This document shows, in pieces, positions 25,973-33,266 of a DNA stretch of 44,737 nt (position 1 is its first letter; each line of letters begins with the position of its first letter). Below the pieces are notes generated by a model. That model was not told the DNA's origin. It saw only the letters and a list, made by a program, of their open reading frames with translations, and did no database searches. The DNA lies in the NCBI GenBank assembly GCA_027483355.1, contig JAIXUW010000355.1, forward strand, positions 1-44,737. The letters run 5' to 3'. The translations under genes were made by a program, and so were the position numbers. The stretch comes from Alphaproteobacteria bacterium (GTDB lineage Bacteria > Pseudomonadota > Alphaproteobacteria > Micavibrionales > UBA2020).

Positions 25973-26503
25973 TCATTCCATCGGCGTGTTGACGAGGTTC
26001 ACGGCATCCGCCACATCGGTGAGTATTTGTCTCAATTCCTTTTCCAAAAGATCGCGGACGACTTTCGGATCGCTCTCCGCCGACAGTACAGGCGCCATAC
26101 GATCCGGCAAGCCAAGGACACGGTCGCGCAGGACGCGCAGGGTGTTGAACCACGCAACCTTGACAATATCGACCTTGACGAGACTGCCGGACTTTTCTTC
26201 GTAAGAGAGCTTCGCGAGCCGTGCGTTATAGGCTTCGCGGACGGCTCTGCTCTGCGCGAAGCTGGGACCGCTATTGACGATAGGCGGATCAGAATGCCGT
26301 TCCTGCCTTGGCGCGGAGGAAACGTCTCTTTCAGTTATCCTTCTCGATGTCGGGTTCGAGTTTTTGCGCCAGGCGGCATCCGCCCTGTCGGCGTCTATCG
26401 TGCCGTCCGGTTCTTTCTCGATGCGACCGGACTTGATGGCCTTGATGACGGCGACGTGGCTCACGCCGCGATGGCGCGCATAAGCGCTGATGGATAATTT
26501 CAT
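25973..26503 (-). CDS. Terminase small subunit (Nu1-like, N-terminal HTH)
   Basis: The N-terminal HTH reads LSISAYARHRGVSHVAVIKAIKSGRI. It lies directly upstream of the large subunit gene. Confidence 0.7.
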   Translation of the reverse strand: MKLSISAYARHRGVSHVAVIKAIKSGRIEKEPDGTIDADRADAAWRKNSNPTSRRITERDVSSAPRQERHSDPPIVNSGPSFAQSRAVREAYNARLAKLSYEEKSGSLVKVDIVKVAWFNTLRVLRDRVLGLPDRMAPVLSAESDPKVVRDLLEKELRQILTDVADAVNLVNTPME

Positions 26504-26601
26504 GATCTTTTTCAGGCATTCTTCGCCATTCGATTGCTCAGGTTCGAGTGGATTATCTCCGTAGATGAAGCGTTCATGGAGATATCGAAAGGAGGACGAT
26601 C

Positions 26602-26895
26602 ATGTCCAAAAAAACAAAATCATCCAAACCCGCCCCCAAGGGCAAAAAACTCTCTGCGCCGATGAAGGCGGGTCTCAAGGCGGTTGCCGCCACGTCGGGA
26701 TCGAAGCTCTCTCAGGTCATCGCGCTCCTCAGTCGCCCTGAAGGCGTGACGCTCGAGGAGCTGATGAAAGCCACGCAGTGGCAAAAGCACACGGTGCGTG
26801 GCGCCATATCCGGCGCGCTCAAGAAAAAACAGAGCTATATCGTTACATCGGTCAAAGGCGCTGACAACGTGCGCATTTACAAGATCGAGCAATAA
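26602..26895 (+). CDS. DUF3489-family small protein
   Basis: GSKLSQVIALLSRPEGVTLEELMKATQWQKHTVRGAISGALKKK is a typical DUF3489 pattern. The SD is AAAGGAGG. Confidence 0.7.
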   Translation: MSKKTKSSKPAPKGKKLSAPMKAGLKAVAATSGSKLSQVIALLSRPEGVTLEELMKATQWQKHTVRGAISGALKKKQSYIVTSVKGADNVRIYKIEQ

Positions 26896-26903
26896 AAAGA
26901 TGG

Positions 26904-26940
26904 AAACCCAAGCCGATTGTTTTATAATCGGCTTGGGTTT
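26904..26940 (+). terminator. Rho-independent-type hairpin after the DUF3489 gene
   Basis: AAACCCAAGCCGATT pairs with AATCGGCTTGGGTTT, a 15-bp perfect stem with a 7-nt loop. Confidence 0.6.
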
Positions 26941-27026
26941 CTCTTCGCAATAATCGCGCCCGTCCAGAGCTTGATTATCTTCACGAATGAAGCGTGAATG
27001 AAAATATAAGCCAAAGGAGAAACACC

Positions 27027-27251
27027 ATGACGACCGAGCCTAAAACCATCATCCAAAACGCCATCGCCGCTAATCTTGCGGCCTTGACCGAGCGCCTGAC
27101 CCAAGCCGCCGCGCTGGCGCAGGAGGCGCACGAGGCGATGACCAAGGGCGAGCAAAACCAAGCCATCGGCACGATCATCGATTTTGATCGGCTCTTGCCG
27201 GAGACACAGGCGCTCTACAACGCCGCCATCGCTCTGCATCGCGGACGTTGA
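27027..27251 (+). CDS. Small hypothetical protein (74 aa)
   Basis: ATG at 27027 is preceded by AAAGGAGAAACACC. The ORF track start at 26994 lacks an SD. The sequence is predicted helical and Ala-rich. Confidence 0.5.
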   Translation: MTTEPKTIIQNAIAANLAALTERLTQAAALAQEAHEAMTKGEQNQAIGTIIDFDRLLPETQALYNAAIALHRGR

Positions 27252-27278
27252 AGGAAGCGCATATGCGGTGGTTTACCG

Positions 27279-28505
27279 CTATTCAGTCGCTACCAATTCC
27301 GCTTTCTTGCCCGTAAATTCTTCCCAGCGCTTGACGATCACGTCGGCGTATTTAGGGTCAAGCTCGATCATGCGGCATTGACGGTTCAGTTTTTCGCAAG
27401 CGATGATCGTCGTGCCTGAACCGCCGAAGCAATCCAGCACAATATCTCGGCTCTTGCTACTGTTCTGAACGGCGCGTTCCACCAGCTCGACGGGCTTCAT
27501 CGTCGGGTGCAAGTCGTTGCGGACCGGCTTATTGACGAACCACACATCGCCCTGATTTCGCGCCCCGCACCAGAAATGGTCAGCGCCCTGTTTCCAGCCG
27601 TAAAGAATCGGCTCGTATTGCCTTTGATAATCGGCGCGGCCCAGAGTGAAAGTGTTTTTTGCCCAGATGATGAAGGTCGACCATTTTCCACCCGCCGCGA
27701 TGAAGGCCTTTTGGAGTGTATGCAGCTCGCTCGACGACATGCAGATATAGACCGCGCCCTTGCAAACGGTCAGCATATTGACACAGGAGTCGTAGAGAAA
27801 CTGCTCAAAGCCTTCGCCCAGATTGTCATTCATGATGGTGCGGTTGGTGCCGCGCATTTTGTCTTTTGCCGTGTTGCCGTAGTCCACGTTGTAGGGCGGA
27901 TCGGTGAACACCATGTCGGCCAGCTGGCCGTCCAAAACCCTTTCGACGTTGGCAAGCACGGTGCTGTCGCCGCAGAGAAGCCGGTGGTGGCCAAGCTTCC
28001 ACAGGTCGCCAGGCTTGCTGACGGGGGTGACGGGTGCTTCCGGCACGGCGTCTTCGTCCGTGTTTCCCGCCGCGACGTTGGAGTCGGCCAGCAAGTCCGC
28101 CAGTTCGTCGTCGGAAAAGCCGATGACGGGTAGATCGAAATTCTCCGCCGAAAGCGCGACCATTTCGGCGCGGAGCAAGTCTTCGTCCCAGCCCGCATTT
28201 AAGGCCAGTTTATTGTCCGCGATGACGTAGGCGCGCTTTTGCGCCTCGGTCAGATGATCCAGCACGACGACGGGGACTTGCGCGAGGCCGAGTTGTTTTG
28301 CCGCCTGGAGGCGGCCATGCCCTGCAATGATTCCCGCCGCCGTGTCGACGAGGATGGGATTGAGAAAGCCGAACTCCGCGATGCTCGCGGCGATCTGGCT
28401 TACCTGTTCCGTCGAATGAGTGCGTGGGTTCTTGTCGTAAGGGACGAGCTTATCCGCGGGCCAGACCTCGATGCGGTCGGCCATTTTTTTGTTCAAATCA
28501 GGCAT
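27279..28505 (-). CDS. ParB-like nuclease domain fused to N6-adenine/N4-cytosine DNA methyltransferase
   Basis: The N-terminal ParB/Srx-like domain reads NPRTHS...LVDTAAGIIAGHGR. Motif IV is TDPPYNV and motif I is LDCFGGSGTTIIA. The SD is GAGGAAC. Confidence 0.85.
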   Translation of the reverse strand: MPDLNKKMADRIEVWPADKLVPYDKNPRTHSTEQVSQIAASIAEFGFLNPILVDTAAGIIAGHGRLQAAKQLGLAQVPVVVLDHLTEAQKRAYVIADNKLALNAGWDEDLLRAEMVALSAENFDLPVIGFSDDELADLLADSNVAAGNTDEDAVPEAPVTPVSKPGDLWKLGHHRLLCGDSTVLANVERVLDGQLADMVFTDPPYNVDYGNTAKDKMRGTNRTIMNDNLGEGFEQFLYDSCVNMLTVCKGAVYICMSSSELHTLQKAFIAAGGKWSTFIIWAKNTFTLGRADYQRQYEPILYGWKQGADHFWCGARNQGDVWFVNKPVRNDLHPTMKPVELVERAVQNSSKSRDIVLDCFGGSGTTIIACEKLNRQCRMIELDPKYADVIVKRWEEFTGKKAELVATE

Positions 28506-29731
28506 AGTTGTTCCTCAGATTTTGAGACCCGCAGAAGCAGAGAGAGTTCGGAACGCATAAGCCGCAACCAGCGGGACGACCCCGTTACCGCAGAGGCGCA
28601 GTCTGTCCACCCGATAGGCCAGCCCATCAGCGCCTCCACGAACAGCGGGTTCAAGGTCAGGCCGGTATTGGAGGTAACGCCGCCATCCTTCAGCGTCCGT
28701 GGGGCCTGGCGGGAAAGGTTGCTCCGGCTCTCGGCATTGCTGTTGTGGATCACGCCGTCCTTCCAGTCCCGCGCCGTCGGTGTCGCCCAATGGCGGGTCA
28801 CGATCTCTTTCAATCCGACCCCGTGGGTCGCGGCGTTGCTCCCTGGCTCCTGCGCGCGCGGCGTTGGCCATTTGGTTCTTGTGTGCGCCCGCGCCACGCG
28901 GTAAGGACGCTCGGTCTGCGCCAGCGTCAAATCCTGTTTCGTATAGGGAAAATCCCTCGGTTGCATCACTGTCTCCGCGAGCGACGGTGTTCGCAACACG
29001 TTCCGTCCGTCCTTGCGGATCATCTTTTCGGGCGGACGGGCGCGGGTTACGGTCGCATCCGTTGCCGTGGCTGTCGGCCAGAGGACGGTCTGCGCCGTCA
29101 GCGACCCGTAGCAGCGATCCGTCCGGTCGCCATTGCGTTTGAGGAACGTTTCCTGCTTCTCCGCGCTCTCCTGCGCTCTCGGTGTAAGCCAGGATGAAGA
29201 GCCGTTCGCGCTTGTGGGACGCACCGACTTCTTCCGCCGTAAACAATCCCGCCGCAACGCGGTAACCCATTGATCGAAGGTCATCGTGGACTTGTTCGAA
29301 TCCCAGTCGTAGATGCCCGCCGACGTTCTCAAAGAAACAAAGGCGGGGTTCGATCTCGCGCACGATGCGGGCGACGTGGGGCCAAAGGTGTCGTGGGTCT
29401 TTGTCTCCGAGCTTGCGTCCGGCGACGGAAAACGGCTGGCACGGATAGCCGCCATGAACGATATCCACCGCGCCGCGCCAAGCGTTGCCGTCGAAGCTGG
29501 CAAGGTCGTCCCAGACAGGTGCGCGATCCAGGGCCTTGTCTTCCATCCGCGCCACGAGCGTGGCCGCTGCATAGGCTTCCCGCTCAACGTAACCCACAGT
29601 TCGATATCCGGCGTGGGCAAGGTGGAGTCCGAGATCGAGGCCGCCAGCTCCGGCGCAGAGGGAGAGACCGAACAGACTTCCTCCCCCGTCGTTTGCGTCA
29701 AAGCATCCGGCGGGAGATAAAGCCACGTCAT
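28493..29731 (-). CDS. Alternative-frame ORF overlapping the whole C5-MTase gene; its 3' half encodes WPTP-type repeats and a motif-IX-like segment (beta-like candidate, possible internal start at 28966)
   Basis: The ORF is open for 412 codons from an ATG 4 nt downstream of the frame-A start. It encodes WLTPRAQES, WPTATATD, WPTPRAQEP, WATPTARDW and LNPLFVEALMGWPIGWT. An internal ATG at 28966 has GGAGA 5 nt upstream. The 5' half may be only a shadow of frame A. Confidence 0.45.
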   Translation of the reverse strand: MTWLYLPPDALTQTTGEEVCSVSPSAPELAASISDSTLPTPDIELWVTLSGKPMQRPRSWRGWKTRPWIAHLSGTTLPASTATLGAARWISFMAAIRASRFPSPDASSETKTHDTFGPTSPASCARSNPAFVSLRTSAGIYDWDSNKSTMTFDQWVTALRRDCLRRKKSVRPTSANGSSSWLTPRAQESAEKQETFLKRNGDRTDRCYGSLTAQTVLWPTATATDATVTRARPPEKMIRKDGRNVLRTPSLAETVMQPRDFPYTKQDLTLAQTERPYRVARAHTRTKWPTPRAQEPGSNAATHGVGLKEIVTRHWATPTARDWKDGVIHNSNAESRSNLSRQAPRTLKDGGVTSNTGLTLNPLFVEALMGWPIGWTDCASAVTGSSRWLRLMRSELSLLLRVSKSEEQLCLI

Positions 29732-29735
29732 TCAA
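28515..29735 (-). CDS. Phage DNA (cytosine-5)-methyltransferase, frame A (motifs I-VIII and X; alpha-like)
   Basis: Motifs FGLSLCAGAGGLDLG, GGYPCQPFS, FFENV and SHKRERLFILA are present, and the C-terminus carries FPPGPTDAEGW...RVDRLRLCGNGVVPLVAAYAF. The TTG start is 7 nt after AGAGG. The middle third is R/G/D/P-rich. Confidence 0.8.
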   Translation of the reverse strand: MNDVALSPAGCFDANDGGGSLFGLSLCAGAGGLDLGLHLAHAGYRTVGYVEREAYAAATLVARMEDKALDRAPVWDDLASFDGNAWRGAVDIVHGGYPCQPFSVAGRKLGDKDPRHLWPHVARIVREIEPRLCFFENVGGHLRLGFEQVHDDLRSMGYRVAAGLFTAEEVGASHKRERLFILAYTESAGERGEAGNVPQTQWRPDGSLLRVADGADRPLADSHGNGCDRNPRPSARKDDPQGRTERVANTVARGDSDATEGFSLYETGFDAGADRASLPRGAGAHKNQMANAARAGAREQRRDPRGRIERDRDPPLGDTDGAGLEGRRDPQQQCREPEQPFPPGPTDAEGWRRYLQYRPDLEPAVRGGADGLAYRVDRLRLCGNGVVPLVAAYAFRTLSASAGLKI

Positions 29736-29738
29736 GCG

Positions 29739-29773
29739 GTAACCTCTGTAACCTGTAACTGTAACCTGTAACC
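29739..29773. repeat. Five tandem GTAAC(C) units immediately upstream of the C5-MTase start
   Basis: GTAAC occurs at 29739, 29748, 29755, 29761 and 29768. The minus strand reads GGTTACAGGTTACAGTTACAGGTTACAGAGGTTACC and runs into the SD. Confidence 0.8.
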
Positions 29774-29978
29774 AGTTTTTCGGCTCTGACGCTAAAAAAC
29801 TCCCGCGCCTCGCCCGCCCTCATGCGTTTTCGCGCAGGAAGGACCCAAGAATTCAAATGGTTAGGGGATTGATCGTTTAGAGGCGGCGCTTTGCGTCCGC
29901 ACGTTCCGCGATCATGGATTACATCTTGGCAGAAAACGTTGCGTCTGTCTCATCCATAAATGTTGCAACAACTTTCCG

Positions 29979-30362
29979 TCAATCTTTCCGCGAGTTAAGA
30001 TGCGCGGCGATCTTGGCGAGCGCCACGTTCCATTTGCGCCACGCCGTGGTGCGGTCGCATCCCAGCTCCCAGCACAAGGTCTTCCATCTGACGCGCGCGG
30101 CGCGCTTCCAGACGAGATGACGCTCCTCGACCTCGATGCAGAGCATCCATGTCAGCGTCTCCTCCATGCGGTCGATAGCGGCTGGCAGGGCGCGCAGGCG
30201 AAGCGGTTTCTTTTCCATCGCCAAGATCTCCGCCGCCTCCCGCTGGATCGCCGGCCAGACGGTGAAATAGCTTTGCGCCTTGACGGGCGGCATGCGGCGC
30301 AACGTCCTGATGGATTCCTCTAGACGCTCGGCCACCGCTTTTTCATTCCACTTTTCCATCAT
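29979..30362 (-). CDS. Conserved phage hypothetical protein (possible DNA-binding / regulator)
   Basis: 127 aa with an ATGA-type overlap with the RuvC gene. The C-terminal segment LGCDRTTAWRKWNVALAKIA is HTH-like. No firm family assignment is possible. Confidence 0.5.
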   Translation of the reverse strand: MMEKWNEKAVAERLEESIRTLRRMPPVKAQSYFTVWPAIQREAAEILAMEKKPLRLRALPAAIDRMEETLTWMLCIEVEERHLVWKRAARVRWKTLCWELGCDRTTAWRKWNVALAKIAAHLNSRKD

Positions 30363-30838
30363 GCGCCTCCGTTACCTTCGTGTTGTCTTCTCGCCCAAGA
30401 GAGAATGGCCAGGGCATCGGCCTCGTTGTCGTCTTCCGGTGCGTAGCCGAGCCGCCTGATCGCCGTGATCACCGCTGCCTTGTCGGCGTTACCCTTGCCC
30501 GTGACGAATTTTTTGATCGTGCCCACCGGAACGCCCTCGTAGGGAATGCCATGGTGTTCGCACCAGGCCGTGAGATGGGCCAGGAAGCCGCCGTAGGCGT
30601 GGGCGGCGTCCACACCGACGTGGCGGCGCACCTCCTCGAAATAAACGGCGTCGATCCGGCCCAGGCCGTTCTTCGTCTCGGTGAGCCAGCGCTTGAAGCG
30701 GAGATAGCGCATGCCGCCGCCTTCGAAACGGCTGTGCGCGAAACGCGCCGTTCCGCTCAAGATTGCGCCGTGTCCGTCGAGACGCGCCCATCCGGTCGTG
30801 GTTCCGAGATCGATGCAAAGCAAGATGAGGTTTGTCAT
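30359..30838 (-). CDS. RuvC-like Holliday junction resolvase
   Basis: ATG at 30838 begins MTNLILLCIDLGTTTGWA. The acidic motif DDNEADALAILSWA lies near the C-terminus. The longer track ORF (to 30925) is probably an upstream extension. Confidence 0.75.
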   Translation of the reverse strand: MTNLILLCIDLGTTTGWARLDGHGAILSGTARFAHSRFEGGGMRYLRFKRWLTETKNGLGRIDAVYFEEVRRHVGVDAAHAYGGFLAHLTAWCEHHGIPYEGVPVGTIKKFVTGKGNADKAAVITAIRRLGYAPEDDNEADALAILSWARRQHEGNGGA

Positions 30839-30993
30839 GCGGGTTCTCCGGTTCTGGGTTGAAAAAAAATCAAGACGCACGAGACCCCATCCACATGCGG
30901 GCGAACCGTGCGCGGTTTCGCCCACATGTAATGTGGGGGGTCTATCTCAAATCTGAGACGGGACCGGAATCGTTGAAGGACAAAGGCTTGCGT

Positions 30994-31125
30994 CAGATTT
31001 CGAGATTTCGGGGCAGATTTCGTCAAAATCTGCGATGCCCGCTGAAATCCTTGCAAATAAAGGAATTTCGGCAGATTGCAGATTTCGCCGCATTTCAGAT
31101 TCTGCGGAATCTGGGGCAGATTTCG
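30994..31125. repeat. Iteron cluster (G)CAGATTTCG, candidate phage replication origin
   Basis: Direct copies lie at 30994-31002, 31003-31010, 31013-31022, 31078-31087 and 31116-31125. A partial copy lies at 31071-31077. Inverted or degenerate copies lie at 31024-31033 and 31095-31113. The cluster starts 9 nt beyond the primase-helicase stop. Confidence 0.6.
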
Positions 31126-31133
31126 GCGCATAA

Positions 31134-33266
31134 TCATGGCGTGTCCTCCTCGGGGTAGACCCAGACGGCGGGATTTTCGACCGGCAAAAGCGCGCCGGAT
31201 TGCGGGTGCTTGAAGTGGGTCGGAAGAATAGGGCGCACGAGAATTTCGCCGTTCGCGTCGACGTTTCCGTCTTTGTCAGGAAGGAGCATCCCCTCGATGC
31301 ACATCTCGCCGTATTTGCTTCTTGCCGTCTTTTTGCCCTTGTTGAATTTGATGTAGCCCTTCGTCGCCAGGACGCTGATGCGCTCGCGGATGGCATAGGT
31401 GCTGGCAAGGCCGGATTCGTTCTCGAACGCCTCGGAAAAGGCGCTCGGTGAATAGAGTTTTCCTTTAAGCGCTTCTTCGCGCAGGATCGTCAGGATCACG
31501 TCGTTGCGGCGTTCGCGGTCTGCGTCGAGCCGCTCGCCGTAGTCCTTGTTAACGAGGCGCTCGGAATGACGTTCGATCTCGCGCCAGCGACCATCGATCT
31601 TGTCCACGAACTTCGGGGGAATGCCTTCTCCGTTGCGAAGCTCGAACATGAGCTGACGCACGCTGTCCTGCTCGTTCGGCCTAAAGAGGATCATGCCCGT
31701 GGAATAAAAACTCCTCAGGCTTCCAGCCCCGCTCAAGCCCTGGAACGGGTCTTCCTCAAGCACCCTCTTGCCGATCTTCTTCGTGTGGTGCGCGAGAATG
31801 ACGCCAAGGTCTGGATTGACGAGGAAGCGCAGTTTTTCCACGCGATTTTGCAGGAACGTCAGCATCTCGGTATTGTCGTTCTCTCCTGCGCCGTCGTAGA
31901 CGTTGCGGAGGGGATCGATGGCGATGATGTCGAGGAGCTTGGGATCGAAGTGTTGCAGGATGGCGCCGCGTACCAATTCCACGCCTTCTTCGTCCAAAAG
32001 CATCCGCACCTGCGGGGTGATAACCAGATTCTGCCGAACGAGCGGCAGGAAATTCCTATCAAAACTGACGGCGCGCAGACGCTCGCGCAGATAGTGGTAG
32101 CCGATCTCCGCCTGGAAATAGAAGATTTTGAGGGGCTTGGCAGGTCGCATGCCAAGAAACGGCAATCCCGCCGCCATGTGCGCAAGCATACAGAGCAGGA
32201 AGTCCGTCTTGCCCACTTTCGGAGCACCACCCAGCACGAGAAGTCCGCCAGGCGTCAGTACCCGCGGGGCGATGATGTCGTCCGGCATGAGGCTTTCGTC
32301 GTCGAGCAGATGCCCCACGCTAAAGGCGGGCAGCCCCGGAGAAGAGAGCGTGAAGGCCGCACGGTTCGCGGAGGCGAGAAAGGCTGGAACGTCCATGCCT
32401 TCTTTCACGGCATCGGCCACGTCCCAGCCTTCGGGCTTGCCGTCGGGCGGGATCAGGATGGAAATGGCCGTTACACCCGCGCCACGCAATTTCTCCACGA
32501 CCGTCTCGGCATAATGCCGTCCGGCCTCGTCGTTGTCCGGCCATAGCACGACCTGCTTGCCGTAAAGCGGCGACCAGTCCGTTTTTTCCACGGGCGCGTT
32601 CGCGCCGTTCATGGCTGTGGTGGCGCAGATGCCGAGGGAAATAAGTGCATCGGCGCATTTTTCGCCCTCGACGAGTACGATCACGTTGGATTTCGCGATG
32701 CCTGGCTGGTTGTAGAGCGGCCTTGGCTCCGGTGCACGGCGCCGGCGCGTCTTCACGTCCCATGGGCGGAACTCCTTGCCGTCAGGCGTGTCGTAGCGAT
32801 AAACGCAGGCGATGAGGTTCCCGTGTCTGTCGAGATAATCCCACTTCGCGGCAGGCTTGCCCAAATCCTCGCTTTCCCCAATGCTTTTTCGCGTCATGGG
32901 ACGAACGGGGCCGCCGAGCCATTCCTGTACGGAGCTGACGATATCCGGGAAGCGGGTATGCGGGTCTAGGCCGAGAACCGCGCCCCAAAGGGCCAGAATG
33001 TCGCCGCCTTCGCTCGTAGCGAAATCGTACCACATACCGATCTTCGCACCGGAAAGGTCGACGACAAGGCTGTCCCCCTTGTTACCGCGCACATCGCCGA
33101 CATAAAATTTTCCGTTCCTGACCCTGCCGTTGGGGAACAGGTATTCCAAAGCCTCTCGTAAACGCCCATGCAGACGATCCTTCAGGTCTTCCGATGTGAC
33201 GCGCTCTTCCGGCTTCGGGCGGTCTTGGTCGCGCGCGTCATTGAAGTCGTTCCATGCCTGTTTCAT
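31134..33266 (-). CDS. Bifunctional DNA primase (Toprim) / replicative helicase (RepA/AAA_25-like)
   Basis: Toprim motifs are VIVLVEGEKCADAL and VVLWPDNDEAGRHYAE. Walker A is LGGAPKVGKTDF. ATG at 33266 has an ATGA overlap with the nuclease gene stop. Confidence 0.85.
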   Translation of the reverse strand: MKQAWNDFNDARDQDRPKPEERVTSEDLKDRLHGRLREALEYLFPNGRVRNGKFYVGDVRGNKGDSLVVDLSGAKIGMWYDFATSEGGDILALWGAVLGLDPHTRFPDIVSSVQEWLGGPVRPMTRKSIGESEDLGKPAAKWDYLDRHGNLIACVYRYDTPDGKEFRPWDVKTRRRRAPEPRPLYNQPGIAKSNVIVLVEGEKCADALISLGICATTAMNGANAPVEKTDWSPLYGKQVVLWPDNDEAGRHYAETVVEKLRGAGVTAISILIPPDGKPEGWDVADAVKEGMDVPAFLASANRAAFTLSSPGLPAFSVGHLLDDESLMPDDIIAPRVLTPGGLLVLGGAPKVGKTDFLLCMLAHMAAGLPFLGMRPAKPLKIFYFQAEIGYHYLRERLRAVSFDRNFLPLVRQNLVITPQVRMLLDEEGVELVRGAILQHFDPKLLDIIAIDPLRNVYDGAGENDNTEMLTFLQNRVEKLRFLVNPDLGVILAHHTKKIGKRVLEEDPFQGLSGAGSLRSFYSTGMILFRPNEQDSVRQLMFELRNGEGIPPKFVDKIDGRWREIERHSERLVNKDYGERLDADRERRNDVILTILREEALKGKLYSPSAFSEAFENESGLASTYAIRERISVLATKGYIKFNKGKKTARSKYGEMCIEGMLLPDKDGNVDANGEILVRPILPTHFKHPQSGALLPVENPAVWVYPEEDTP

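Noticed and set aside
27257-27279. Terminator between the 74-aa ORF and the convergent ParB-methylase gene
   Set aside because: Only a 10-nt palindrome (CGCATATGCG) and a 5-bp hairpin without a T-run are present, which is too weak to call.
28590-29210. Programmed ribosomal frameshifting (A to B to A) as the explanation for the split C5-MTase motifs
   Set aside because: I could find no slippery heptamer or homopolymer run at either junction, so frameshifting is not favoured. It is kept only as a less likely alternative to a two-polypeptide or indel explanation.
29739-31125. CRISPR array (GTAAC repeats, CAGATTTCG repeats)
   Set aside because: The repeat units are 6-10 nt with little or no spacer. 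This is far from CRISPR repeat/spacer dimensions, and no cas genes are present.
30832-31408. ORFs of 100-153 aa across the RuvC / primase-helicase intergenic region
   Set aside because: Their sequences are generated by the reiterated CAGATTTCG units and by off-frame reading of the primase 3' end. There are no SDs. The region is interpreted as the ori.
31566-32546. 326-aa plus-strand ORF
   Set aside because: It is antisense to the primase-helicase gene, which has clear Toprim and Walker motifs. No independent support exists.
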